A stretch of DNA of 64,000 bases from Candidatus Fibrimonadaceae bacterium (GTDB lineage Bacteria > Fibrobacterota > Fibrobacteria > Fibrobacterales > Fibrobacteraceae): assembly GCA_031281275.1 (NCBI GenBank), contig JAITFP010000075.1, positions 18,056 to 82,055 on the forward strand. The letters are read 5' to 3'. Shown here one piece after another: positions 1 to 8,480 of the stretch. The stretch's first letter is position 1; each line of letters begins with the position of its first letter. The notes under the pieces were generated by a model. It worked only from the letters and a program-made list of their open reading frames with translations. It had not been told where the DNA came from and did no database searches. The position numbers were made by a program, and so were the translations under genes.

Positions 1-445
1 GCCAAGCCGTGCGAACTATCCAGTGAAGTTGGTTTGCCTGTGCAAGCAAGGCTTCGCCTTTGGCTTTTGCGCTGCCGTAGGCATTTATGGGGTTTATGGG
101 TGCATCTTCTGTTAGCGGCACGGGTGGAGAACCGCTTAAAACATAATCTGTGGAAATATGCACAACGCCTATGCCAGCTTTTGCAGCGCATTTACCCAGA
201 ACCTCTGGACCAAGGGCGTTTATTTTGTGGTTAAGCTCTGTTTGCATTTCTGCGTTATCAACGGCGGTATATGCTGCGCAGTTAATTATGATATCTGGTT
301 TGTTTGCGTGAATATAATCCATAACGGCATTTTCATCTGTTATATCCACTTCTTTATCGCTTTCAAAAACTTTAAAGCCTTGTTTTGCGAGAGCACACAA
401 ATCTTGCCCAAGCATACCGCCTTTGCCAGTAATCCAAAACGTCAT
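1..445 (-). CDS. rfbD: dTDP-4-dehydrorhamnose reductase, N-terminal ~148 aa (3' end runs off window)
   Basis: Reverse translation from ATG at 445: MTFWITGKGGMLGQDL...DITDENAV...PDIIINCAAYTAVDNAE...VVHISTDYVLSG...INAYGSAKAKGE...IVRTAW. This matches the RmlD Rossmann GxxGxxG, the YxxxK region and STDYVF motifs. ATGA overlap with the upstream gene stop (442-445). Confidence 0.8.
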   Translation of the reverse strand, partial: MTFWITGKGGMLGQDLCALAKQGFKVFESDKEVDITDENAVMDYIHANKPDIIINCAAYTAVDNAEMQTELNHKINALGPEVLGKCAAKAGIGVVHISTDYVLSGSPPVPLTEDAPINPINAYGSAKAKGEALLAQANQLHWIVRTAW

Positions 446-933
446 ATTCTTTTATTTAGGAATATAGAAATTTTGCTAAACGGCAAAGGGATAAAGGTTT
501 TGTCCCATGATTTTTTTAGCCTAAATGCGCGGCTATATTTTACATTAACCTCCACAAGCGGCACCAAAGCCTTGCGACAGAGCCACTCTGCACCGGGTTT
601 GGCTATGAGTGCCGGTCCCTTTGGACCATCTAAAGCCATGCCTGCCGAGCGACCCTCAGCCAAGGCTTTCAGCAAATGCCTAACCTCGCTTTGCCCCCTG
701 CTGCCCGAACCTCTAAAAACATCGTAGCCAAGGCTTTTAGAGAGTTTTGCGAATTTGCTTCCATCATCGCTTTTGCTTATCAAAACCGCTATATTCCTAC
801 GTTTAAAAGCCGCCAAGCAAGCAGGCAAATCTTGGTGCCACAAACCTATCACAACAGGCTCGCCTGCTGGCAAAGGCTTTTCAAATTTCACCCGCCAAGA
901 GAGGACGAGGAGTTTTAGGATTAGGTTTAGCAT
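442..933 (-). CDS. DUF374-type lysophospholipid acyltransferase-like protein
   Basis: 163-aa ORF. IGLWHQDL...ISKSDDGSKFA...RGSGSRGQ...ALDGPKGPA...G fits the DUF374/LPLAT pattern (GLWH..SxSxDG..RGSSxRGG..DGPRGP) as I remember it. Confidence 0.55.
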   Translation of the reverse strand: MLNLILKLLVLSWRVKFEKPLPAGEPVVIGLWHQDLPACLAAFKRRNIAVLISKSDDGSKFAKLSKSLGYDVFRGSGSRGQSEVRHLLKALAEGRSAGMALDGPKGPALIAKPGAEWLCRKALVPLVEVNVKYSRAFRLKKSWDKTFIPLPFSKISIFLNKRI

Positions 934-955
934 TTATAATCTAAATATAAATAAT

Positions 956-1046
956 GGGAGTGGCTAGTGGTAAGTAGTTAGTAGCCGTCCCAAAAATACT
1001 GGTTTCTGAGATTTTACCACTCCCCACTAGCCACTAACTACTAGCC
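956..1046. repeat. G-rich arm (956-986) and C-rich arm (1017-1046) made of three blocks that are each reverse-complementary but kept in the same order
   Basis: GGAGTGG 957-963 vs CCACTCC 1017-1023; GGCTAGTGG 962-970 vs CCACTAGCC 1024-1032; AGTAGTTAGT 973-982 vs ACTAACTACT 1033-1042. Intergenic, upstream of the TssF-like gene. Confidence 0.6.
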
Positions 1047-1063
1047 TAGCGATTAAATCAGCG

Positions 1064-1074
1064 TTTTCTATATT
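1064..1074 (+). promoter_or_regulatory. TTTTCTATATT element (putative extended -10)
   Basis: Exact match to the recurrent motif. Lies 71 nt upstream of the GTG at 1146, with an AAGAGG RBS in between. Confidence 0.3.
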
Positions 1075-1145
1075 AACCCACAAGGGAGCGACTTTATTAT
1101 ATCGGCAGGTAAAACTATTGTTTTATCTCAATTAAGAGGTTCTTT

Positions 1146-2504
1146 GTGAACCAAACAGAAATTTTGTCTGGGCTTGCTGCCCTAACCGCTAGGATTCGCC
1201 AAGAAATGGCGGAGACAGAGAATGAGATTGCACGGGATTTTGTGGAGAGCGTTGCGCCGGAATTGCTGCTCCCGTTGCCGTGCCGCTCGCTCGCAGAAAT
1301 TATACCCTCGCCAAACGACAACCAAAAAAGGGAAATTCCGTGCGGTGCCCTGCTATGCTCCAAAAGCAAGAACCCAAAGGAAAAACCATTCTTTTGGCGG
1401 GTTGCAGGCAGCCATATACTCAAGCCCGCACAAAAAATTATATCTGCCAAAACAGTGCAAGACTCTGGGGGCTTTGATTGCATTGAATTTGAAAGCAGCG
1501 GCAGCGGACCTTGGATCATTTATATTGCAGGAGAAAGTGAGTTTGCCTGGAATTTGTGGCATTTAATTTTGGAATACGCGAGCCATACCCCCAAGCCCTA
1601 TATCACCTCTAAACCGCAAAATCCTTGGGAACTTTGCAGGGACTTTTTTTGCTTTGAAGAAAAATTCCGATATATTTATATGGAAGAATTGCCCAGCAAA
1701 CTTCGCTTTTCAAAAAAAATCCCAAAAGAAATTTTCTCTAATATAAGCACAGAAAATTTCAAACTCAATGTTCTGCCAATAGAAAATACCTTTAAGCAAA
1801 ATCTGGAACCAATCCTAATAAACTTTAACGATATTGAAGCGAAAGTTCTTGCACTGGAAAAAAGACAAAGCATACTAAAACTGTGCAGCGTTTTGGCTGG
1901 GAATGCAGGAGAGGCAAATTTCAAAGAAATGGAATATCGCTATAATGGTTCCGAAAAAATAAGTTTTGCAAACCCCACCCCTAACACAGACACGCTCTCC
2001 ATCTCTGCCCTTGTTTGCGATGGCAACGAGGCTACCTCCTTGGAGCAAGGCTCTCCTTTGCAAGCAAAAAATTCTTCAATGCAAATGTGCGAAATTTATT
2101 CCGTGCTAAATGCAACTCCATTTTCACCTCCACTTGGTGGTAAATCTGCGGAATGGCAAATTCTAGCCCTGTTGCAAAAAAATTATCTGCAATTTTTTGA
2201 AGGCAACGCTCTAAAAAACGCACTTGAAACACAGCTTTGGAATGTACAGGGAAAAAGGAATTATCTAGTGCAGAGCATAAAAAGCCTTTCTTTGGAAAAC
2301 AAAAGCGCAGTGCACAAAGGCTGCCTTGTTCCTGCCGCAAGCATAAAAATAATTATGAATCTGGGTTCCATAGATAATCCGGGAATTTTAAAAGTATTTG
2401 GAGAAATGCTTTTTTACTTGTTCAAAAAAATTTTTATATGCAATATGCTGGTTGAACTCGTTTTGCGAATTGAACCCTTTGGAATGGAGTTGAAATGGGA
2501 ATAA
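1146..2504 (+). CDS. TssF-like (T6SS baseplate wedge, COG3519-like) protein with divergent or short N-terminus
   Basis: 452 aa. The C-terminal part AEWQILALLQKNYLQF...GCLVPAASIKIIMNLGSIDNPGILKVFGEMLFYLFKKIFICNMLVELVLRIEPFGMELKW parallels the remembered TssF C-terminus (AWRLISQLSLNYLSL...GRGLEITLDFDENAFRGTGVFLLGAVFERFLARYVSINSFTETVLR..GEVMRW). The N-terminal ~280 aa are not recognisable. Confidence 0.45.
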   Translation: MNQTEILSGLAALTARIRQEMAETENEIARDFVESVAPELLLPLPCRSLAEIIPSPNDNQKREIPCGALLCSKSKNPKEKPFFWRVAGSHILKPAQKIISAKTVQDSGGFDCIEFESSGSGPWIIYIAGESEFAWNLWHLILEYASHTPKPYITSKPQNPWELCRDFFCFEEKFRYIYMEELPSKLRFSKKIPKEIFSNISTENFKLNVLPIENTFKQNLEPILINFNDIEAKVLALEKRQSILKLCSVLAGNAGEANFKEMEYRYNGSEKISFANPTPNTDTLSISALVCDGNEATSLEQGSPLQAKNSSMQMCEIYSVLNATPFSPPLGGKSAEWQILALLQKNYLQFFEGNALKNALETQLWNVQGKRNYLVQSIKSLSLENKSAVHKGCLVPAASIKIIMNLGSIDNPGILKVFGEMLFYLFKKIFICNMLVELVLRIEPFGMELKWE

Positions 2505-3241
2505 AGAGTTCTTTTTTTGAATGGATATTTAATTTTTTAATGAAAAAAAGCGATAAAAAGCTGCGTATAATCGCAAGCAACTCGCTAAAACACCCGCTTG
2601 GGGATATAGATTTTGTTGAAACCAAAGAAGAGGAAGTTTTGCTAGCCGTAAACGAAATGAGTTTAACTGGTGCAGACTCTCCCCTGCCGGATAATTTTTT
2701 GAGAGGTATAAGGGTAGAAAATGAAAACTCCCTTGCTCTCTCGGAATTTTTAAATACATTGCAGCATCAAATATCAATGCTGAGGTTCGATGCCATTTTG
2801 GAGAGAAGTTCTTTTTTCTTGCAAAAGCTGGGAAATGAAAAATGGAAAAATCGTTTTGCCTCTTACAATGAGAGATTCTCGCCAGAATATTTGAGATGTT
2901 TTTTTTCAAAAATGTTTCCAAATGCCCAAGTATCCGTTCATTGTTTTGAGCCGCTTAGAATTGAAAACCCAAGCCCCATTGTTTTGGGCAAGGCGAATTT
3001 GAACAACTCGATGCTTTTAGGGAAATTTTGTACAAGCATAACTGAGGCTATGCGTGTGGACGTAAAAGACATTACATTAGAACAAAGCATTGAATTGAAG
3101 AGAAAAAAGAATTTTATCACAGAGAAATTTCCTTTCAAAATAAAAATAAAATTCAGTACAAAAGCAGAGAGTATTATTAGCAACAAATTATCTGAAAATT
3201 TTTGGCTTGGAAATTTTTTAAAATGGGAGATGTGGGTATGA
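2495..3241 (+). CDS. TssG-like (T6SS baseplate, COG3520-like) protein
   Basis: 248 aa. LRIIASNSLKHPLGDIDFV...LLAVNEMSLTGADSPLPDNFL...ALSEFLNTLQHQISMLRFDA tracks the TssG pattern (LRFRNSLSLAFPASEI...FFGLLGGQGALPLHYTE...AFLDVFNNRLTALFYEAW). 10-nt overlap with the preceding gene. Confidence 0.45.
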   Translation: MGIKSSFFEWIFNFLMKKSDKKLRIIASNSLKHPLGDIDFVETKEEEVLLAVNEMSLTGADSPLPDNFLRGIRVENENSLALSEFLNTLQHQISMLRFDAILERSSFFLQKLGNEKWKNRFASYNERFSPEYLRCFFSKMFPNAQVSVHCFEPLRIENPSPIVLGKANLNNSMLLGKFCTSITEAMRVDVKDITLEQSIELKRKKNFITEKFPFKIKIKFSTKAESIISNKLSENFWLGNFLKWEMWV

Positions 3242-3810
3242 AAAAAATGCTAGTGGCTGGTGGTTTGGTTTTAACCGCTTGCATGCAATTGGAATATGTG
3301 GAAATTCCTCTGGTTCAAGAGGAAATTTCTTCTAGTTCGGAAATGGAGGTTTCTTCTAGTTCTGAGGTAGAAATTTCTTCAAGTTCGGAAACCATTGTTC
3401 CAATTTTGCAAATTGGCAAACATGAGCTTTCGCATACGGGCATAAGTTATTACGATGCGATTCTCCTGTGTAATAAAATGTCGCTTGAAGAGGGCTTAGA
3501 TACTCTTTATCAATACGGCAAACCCGTGTTCACAGAAGATTCTCTTTTTTGGCTACCAAACATAAAAGTTTTGGAAAATCGCTCCGGCTACCGCCTGCCA
3601 ACCAAGGAAGAATGGCAGCAAGCAAAGGAAAACGGCGAAATAGAAAAATTAAACGATGATGTTGGCGAATGGCTTTATGGTGAGTCCAATTCCATGTATG
3701 CAAATTTTGAACTCGCTCCGCATTTTGTAAAGGCGGTGGGTTTGTATAGGGAAAAGGCTGGGAATCCTTTGTATGGAATGAGGGTGGTTAAACTGCTGGT
3801 CCAACAATAA
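3238..3810 (+). CDS. lipoprotein with Ser-rich linker and a SUMF1/FGE- or FISUMP-like (C-type-lectin-fold) motif
   Basis: MKKMLVAGGLVLTAC lipobox; EISSSSEMEVSSSSEVEISSSSE linker; SGYRLPTKEEWQQAKENGE...GEWLYGES. ATGA overlap (3238-3241) with the TssG-like stop. Confidence 0.5.
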   Translation: MKKMLVAGGLVLTACMQLEYVEIPLVQEEISSSSEMEVSSSSEVEISSSSETIVPILQIGKHELSHTGISYYDAILLCNKMSLEEGLDTLYQYGKPVFTEDSLFWLPNIKVLENRSGYRLPTKEEWQQAKENGEIEKLNDDVGEWLYGESNSMYANFELAPHFVKAVGLYREKAGNPLYGMRVVKLLVQQ

Positions 3811-5554
3811 ACACAAACGATAAAGTGGCGAAAACGAGCATACTTATGTATGAAAGTTTTCTCAGCCGTGAATTTGCCAAAATTTGAACTCCACGTGTGG
3901 AAAAATAAACAAGCGGGAACAACACGGGAAGTATATAACGAAATTCGTTTGAACATGAATATGGAACATTAGCCCGAAGGTAAATAAGCGCTACAAATAA
4001 AAATACTGTAAAAAGCATTTGTGGAATTTCTCTGTATTTTACATGTATCAAACCCCACAAAGCAAGAATAAAAATAAGCAAGGCTAAAATACATAACATT
4101 GAACACAAAAAATTACCAACAGGATGCTTCCATATTCCATTTTCTTTATATAGGCTTAGAGATGATTTTATGGTGTAATTCCAAAAATACTGCCTGCCGC
4201 CCTCATCTTGCCAAGCAGAAGTATAGGGAAAAAGCAAATAATCTTTTAAATCGAGATATAAATAATTGCCAACTGTACTTTGAACTCTTAACCCGCCGTG
4301 CAAACTGACAGCATTTGGAATAAATTCTACTCGATTTTTCTCAAAAATATCCACAATGGTTCTATAATTTGAAAGGCATACAGACAATGCCATTATGGAT
4401 ATGGAAATTAACAATACCCGCAAAGAACCTATTTTTAAAGAAAATAAAACTTTCAAGACATAAACAATAATCCAAACGCCCAAAATGACAAAACCGTTGG
4501 ATTTAGCGGCAACAGCAATGGATGCACCAATAGTAGCTAAGAGCATATCTGAGTTTTTGTGAAAATGCCAATATCTCTGAGCAAACAGCATACAAAATAA
4601 AGCACCAAAATAAAACAAACTGTCGTTGCCTATACGCGGAGCAGCCATCACAGAAATGGGCCAAAGCACCGATACAAGAGCCGTTAAATATGCTATGGCT
4701 CTGTTTCCAAATAGATTTATTATTAAGGCTACCCCAAAAATAACACAAGCAAAAGAGAGCAACATACTAAATTGCTGCTGAACTCTGTTAGTTAAACTAG
4801 GATCATAATTATCAGCAATTTTTTTTACCATTGCAGAAACAATGTAATATAACGGAGGCTGATAAGTAGCCCAGCCCTCATTTATTTTGGGTATGCGTTT
4901 TTCTTCTGCAACAATTTTTATATACTCTAAATGCGCATCTATATCGTAAGGATTTTGCATTGGACCGGTGTATGAATACACAACCAAACGCGCAATTATT
5001 CCCAGCAATATAATAGAAATAGCAATTAATTTAAATTTAAATTTTCTCAGAATTAATGCAACGGAAAATAAAAGGAACAAAGCAAAAACATATTGAATAA
5101 AATTTAAAGAATAAAAACCATTGAATAACGTTTCCATTCGCAACCCGCCAGGACCACCTGAATTTATTATTTTAAATTCAAAACTGTTCAAACCTTCTTG
5201 AACATATTTTGAAAAATCAAAGAATCTTCCGTTTGAATAATCGCAAAGACCATTAATGCCGTCAAGAGGGAATTGTTTTTCATTGATTAAAATTTCTTGA
5301 ATGCAATCATCTGGAACAATTTTAAATTTTGCATTTTTTTTGTTTTTAACTGATAAGTTTAAAGAAACCAAAAAAACCTCATCTTTTCCCATTTCTACCG
5401 AATATGGCAATTGTATAACTTCTGTTTTATTATCTCTCGTTACTTTTATATCTGATATTTCCATTTTTGTTGGAATTATCACAACATATAATGCCGCAAG
5501 CAAAATCAGCAAATAAAACAAAGGCTCACGCAAAATTTTTTTTATGATTCTCAT
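3788..5554 (-). CDS. polytopic GT-C-fold (ArnT/PMT-like) glycosyltransferase-type membrane protein with a paralogous N-terminal extracytoplasmic domain
   Basis: 588 aa. N-terminal TM anchor, then a beta-rich ~130 aa (PDDCIQEILINEKQFPLDGINGLCDYSNG..FDFSKYVQEGLNSFEFKIINSGGPGGLRM), then more than 10 hydrophobic helices including PRIGNDSLFYFGALFCMLFAQRYW. Confidence 0.55.
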   Translation of the reverse strand: MRIIKKILREPLFYLLILLAALYVVIIPTKMEISDIKVTRDNKTEVIQLPYSVEMGKDEVFLVSLNLSVKNKKNAKFKIVPDDCIQEILINEKQFPLDGINGLCDYSNGRFFDFSKYVQEGLNSFEFKIINSGGPGGLRMETLFNGFYSLNFIQYVFALFLLFSVALILRKFKFKLIAISIILLGIIARLVVYSYTGPMQNPYDIDAHLEYIKIVAEEKRIPKINEGWATYQPPLYYIVSAMVKKIADNYDPSLTNRVQQQFSMLLSFACVIFGVALIINLFGNRAIAYLTALVSVLWPISVMAAPRIGNDSLFYFGALFCMLFAQRYWHFHKNSDMLLATIGASIAVAAKSNGFVILGVWIIVYVLKVLFSLKIGSLRVLLISISIMALSVCLSNYRTIVDIFEKNRVEFIPNAVSLHGGLRVQSTVGNYLYLDLKDYLLFPYTSAWQDEGGRQYFWNYTIKSSLSLYKENGIWKHPVGNFLCSMLCILALLIFILALWGLIHVKYREIPQMLFTVFLFVALIYLRANVPYSCSNEFRYILPVLFPLVYFSTRGVQILANSRLRKLSYISMLVFATLSFVFIVGPAV

Positions 5555-5555
5555 A

Positions 5556-7316
5556 TCAAAACCCCGGCAATACTATAAACAAGAATGATAAAACTACAAA
5601 AATTAACATACTGAAATATATTCCTAAACGCAATCTAACATTTTGCAAAATTTGAGTTCCCTCAAAAGTAAATAACAGCATAGGAATGAGAATTGGGGCT
5701 ATGTAGCGAAAATCTTGCATACAGCTAACAGAATATCGTGCCCTTATGAAAATCAAACTGGCAATTAAAGCCGTAAAAAACAAAAAGCTTGGCAAATTCC
5801 GTATTTTCATATTCACAATTCCAAAAAAAATTAACAGAAAGAAGATTAAATTTATAAAATTCAATACGCTCGCAAAAATTTTTCCCAATTTGGAATTCCA
5901 AACCGAATATTCCCCAAATAACGTGGACTTTATGAAAAAATTCCAAAAATACTGCCTACCACCGGAGTCGGTCCAAGTACTTGTGTATGCCTCCATAAAA
6001 TAGTCTTTTGCATCAAAATAAAAAAAGCTCCCTAAAGAAGTTTTAACATTCAAACCAGAATTTACATTTACAACAGCCAAACTCGGTGCCTTGTCGCGGA
6101 AAAAATCCGAAACAATTCTATACTGAGAACCAATAGCAGAAAACAAAACTATAACAAAAATCCCCAATATAATTTTTAGCCGAGGCAACTCCCAAAAACG
6201 AAATATTCCGCATATAAACATAATAACTAAAGCTCCTAAAACAACAAAACCGGGTGATTTGAAAAGCACGGCAATGCCAGCACCTAAAAACGAAAGCAAT
6301 AAATACCTGCTTTTATGTTTGTTCCACCACATTTGAGCAAATAACATGCACATTAAGGCTCCAAGATAATAGGGTACGTCGTTCCCTATTCTAGGCGCGG
6401 TTATAACAAAACCGGGCCAAACCACAAAGAGCAAACTTGACAATATTGAGATTTTTTTGTCAACAAATAATCTGTACAGCAAAGCCACTCCAAATGCCAA
6501 AGAAACAAAGGAAAAAAGCATTGCTATTTGCTGCAAAAAACGAAGCGAGTAAAATGGATCCATTTTATTAAAAATGCTTATAATCCCAGCTCCTATCAAA
6601 TAATACAAAGGTGGGTGGTTGCAGCTCCAGCAAGCATCCGTTTGGGGAATTTGCTTATTTTCAATTATCATATTCATATATACAAAATGCCCGTATTCCA
6701 TATCGTAAACTCTTTCTGTTGGGCTGGTGTAGGAGAAATAAATTAACCGTATGCCAATTCCCAAAAGAACGAGTGACGTTGCAAAAATTCCAAATTTGAA
6801 TTTTCTCAAAATAAGAGCGGCAGTTATTAACAATAAAATTGAAAACAGAATATGTTTAAATCCAATAGAAGAAAAACCTTCATAAGGATAATCTATTCTA
6901 AGACCGCCAGGACCGCCATAGCTATTCTTTATTTTAACTTCTATTTTATTCAAACCTATTTGCACATATTTAGAGAAATCAATCATAGTTCCACTGCTGT
7001 AGTTGCAAGGTTCCTTTATCATTTCTTGCGGGAATACATCTCCATTTATTTCAATACTTAAAATGCAGTCATCGGGATGAAATTTATAAACAGCCTTTTT
7101 GTTTTCTTTAACATCTATATTAAAAGAAATTAAAAACTCTGAATCGTTTTTGATTTTATACGTTGAGATAGGAAAAGATTCCGAAGATGATACCCCATCT
7201 ATGGTTAACACAACATCGCTGATACTCGATTTTGTAGGAATAATCCAAAACCAAGCCAGAGCAAGCAAGGGCAGCAGGTAAAGCAGAGGCTCTCTTAAAA
7301 TTTTTCTTATTTTCAT
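5556..7316 (-). CDS. paralog of 3788..5554: GT-C-fold membrane protein with the same N-terminal domain
   Basis: 586 aa, collinear with its neighbour (HPDDCILSIEINGDVFP...IDFSKYVQIGLNKIEVKIKNSYGGPGGLRI; PRIGNDVPYYLGALMCMLFAQMWW). Confidence 0.55.
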   Translation of the reverse strand: MKIRKILREPLLYLLPLLALAWFWIIPTKSSISDVVLTIDGVSSSESFPISTYKIKNDSEFLISFNIDVKENKKAVYKFHPDDCILSIEINGDVFPQEMIKEPCNYSSGTMIDFSKYVQIGLNKIEVKIKNSYGGPGGLRIDYPYEGFSSIGFKHILFSILLLITAALILRKFKFGIFATSLVLLGIGIRLIYFSYTSPTERVYDMEYGHFVYMNMIIENKQIPQTDACWSCNHPPLYYLIGAGIISIFNKMDPFYSLRFLQQIAMLFSFVSLAFGVALLYRLFVDKKISILSSLLFVVWPGFVITAPRIGNDVPYYLGALMCMLFAQMWWNKHKSRYLLLSFLGAGIAVLFKSPGFVVLGALVIMFICGIFRFWELPRLKIILGIFVIVLFSAIGSQYRIVSDFFRDKAPSLAVVNVNSGLNVKTSLGSFFYFDAKDYFMEAYTSTWTDSGGRQYFWNFFIKSTLFGEYSVWNSKLGKIFASVLNFINLIFFLLIFFGIVNMKIRNLPSFLFFTALIASLIFIRARYSVSCMQDFRYIAPILIPMLLFTFEGTQILQNVRLRLGIYFSMLIFVVLSFLFIVLPGF

Positions 7317-7325
7317 TCCTGTTTT

Positions 7326-7336
7326 AATTTAGAAAT
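7326..7336 (-). promoter_or_regulatory. ATTTCTAAATT element (putative -10) 9 nt upstream of the ATG at 7316
   Basis: Minus-strand reading AATATTTCTAAATTAAAACAGGAATG; variant of the recurrent motif. Confidence 0.3.
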
Positions 7337-7341
7337 ATTTT

Positions 7342-7752
7342 TTATCTTTTCTTAAACACCACAAACCTCTGCCCCAGATAATTTAAACCCGTAAATAAGC
7401 ACATTCCAACAAATAAAGCTACATTTTCGCGAATATTTTGCGGTTCGCTATCTAAGAAATAGTTTATTAAAGGTTTTGCTAGCCCATAAGCAATAAAATA
7501 AGAAAGGACTATATTTAAAATAAATGCAACTATCATAAACAAACTCCATTTTTTTATGGTAAATGTGAAATATTTATTTAGAAAAAAACTTAAAATGCTT
7601 ACAAAAAAATAATTGCAGGCAGATGAAACCCAATAACTCAAATGAGCTATATTGTAAAGCAAAAACATTATAGCCGAACCTACAACGGTATTGATTATTC
7701 CAACGAGAATAAACTTAAAAAACTTTTCATCAAAAATCACTGCAAGTTTCAC
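7342..7752 (-). CDS. GtrA-family membrane protein
   Basis: 136 aa with 4 predicted TM helices. FKFILVGIINTVVGSAIMFLLYN...FFLNKYFTF is typical of GtrA-like proteins. Confidence 0.6.
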   Translation of the reverse strand: MKLAVIFDEKFFKFILVGIINTVVGSAIMFLLYNIAHLSYWVSSACNYFFVSILSFFLNKYFTFTIKKWSLFMIVAFILNIVLSYFIAYGLAKPLINYFLDSEPQNIRENVALFVGMCLFTGLNYLGQRFVVFKKR

Positions 7753-8478
7753 CTAAGCCTCTCTTGCACGAAGTTTACATATTGCCAAAAGAGATAGCCC
7801 CGGTAAATAAATATTAAATTTGGCAAAAAAAGCGCAAATGCGAAAATCAATGTTTAGAATAGCATAAATTAACCGAGTTATTATATGTTTGTCGCTAAAG
7901 TTCCAATTTCCAACAGCAGCTGGTTTTATTTTTTTAAATAAGAAACTGACCATACGTACAAAAAACAAGCTTGTGTAGAAATAATGAATTTTTTCTACGT
8001 TAAGATGTTGAGAATTCAACAAGGCAAGCAATCGTTTTTTATTGTATCTGCGGCTATGTTTTACGAATTTATCATGTTCAGAAAATAAAAACTGAAAAGC
8101 TGGAACCGTAATTAAAACAAAACCTCCTGCCGGCATTTTATCCAACACATCATTCAAAAAAGCCGTATCATTTTGAATATGCTCAAGAACATCCATAAAC
8201 AAAATAGTTCCATCGCAATTTAATTTTGGAAGTTTAGAAATATCATTAAAACAATGAATTCCATCTATAATTTTTGAGACTTCGTTATATCCTGTATCTA
8301 TTGCGTATATTGTACCAGAAACAAAAGGTAAAAGTTTTGAAGTAAAAAAACGATCTCCAGCACCAATATCGGCAACGTCGTTTATAATGTTTTTCTTAAG
8401 AATATTTAAAAGACATTGCGTTCTTGATAATTCCCAAGGATGACGGTTAACATTCGATGTTTTCTCAACTAAATCCAT
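7753..8478 (-). CDS. class I SAM-dependent methyltransferase
   Basis: 241 aa. Motif I VADIGAGDRFF, plus ILFMDVLEHIQND. Confidence 0.6.
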   Translation of the reverse strand: MDLVEKTSNVNRHPWELSRTQCLLNILKKNIINDVADIGAGDRFFTSKLLPFVSGTIYAIDTGYNEVSKIIDGIHCFNDISKLPKLNCDGTILFMDVLEHIQNDTAFLNDVLDKMPAGGFVLITVPAFQFLFSEHDKFVKHSRRYNKKRLLALLNSQHLNVEKIHYFYTSLFFVRMVSFLFKKIKPAAVGNWNFSDKHIITRLIYAILNIDFRICAFFAKFNIYLPGLSLLAICKLRAREA

Positions 8479-8480
8479 TA

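Noticed and set aside
158-727. 189-aa plus-strand ORF, along with 34..234, 676..918 and 755..967
   Set aside because: They lie antisense to the well-supported rfbD and DUF374 genes, are Cys/Phe-rich with no motifs, and have no RBS or promoter element. Judged to be shadow ORFs.
1146-3241. A complete type VI secretion locus
   Set aside because: Only TssF- and TssG-like genes are present. No sheath, tube, spike, TssK/E, membrane complex or ClpV genes occur anywhere in the window, so I call it only an orphan pair.
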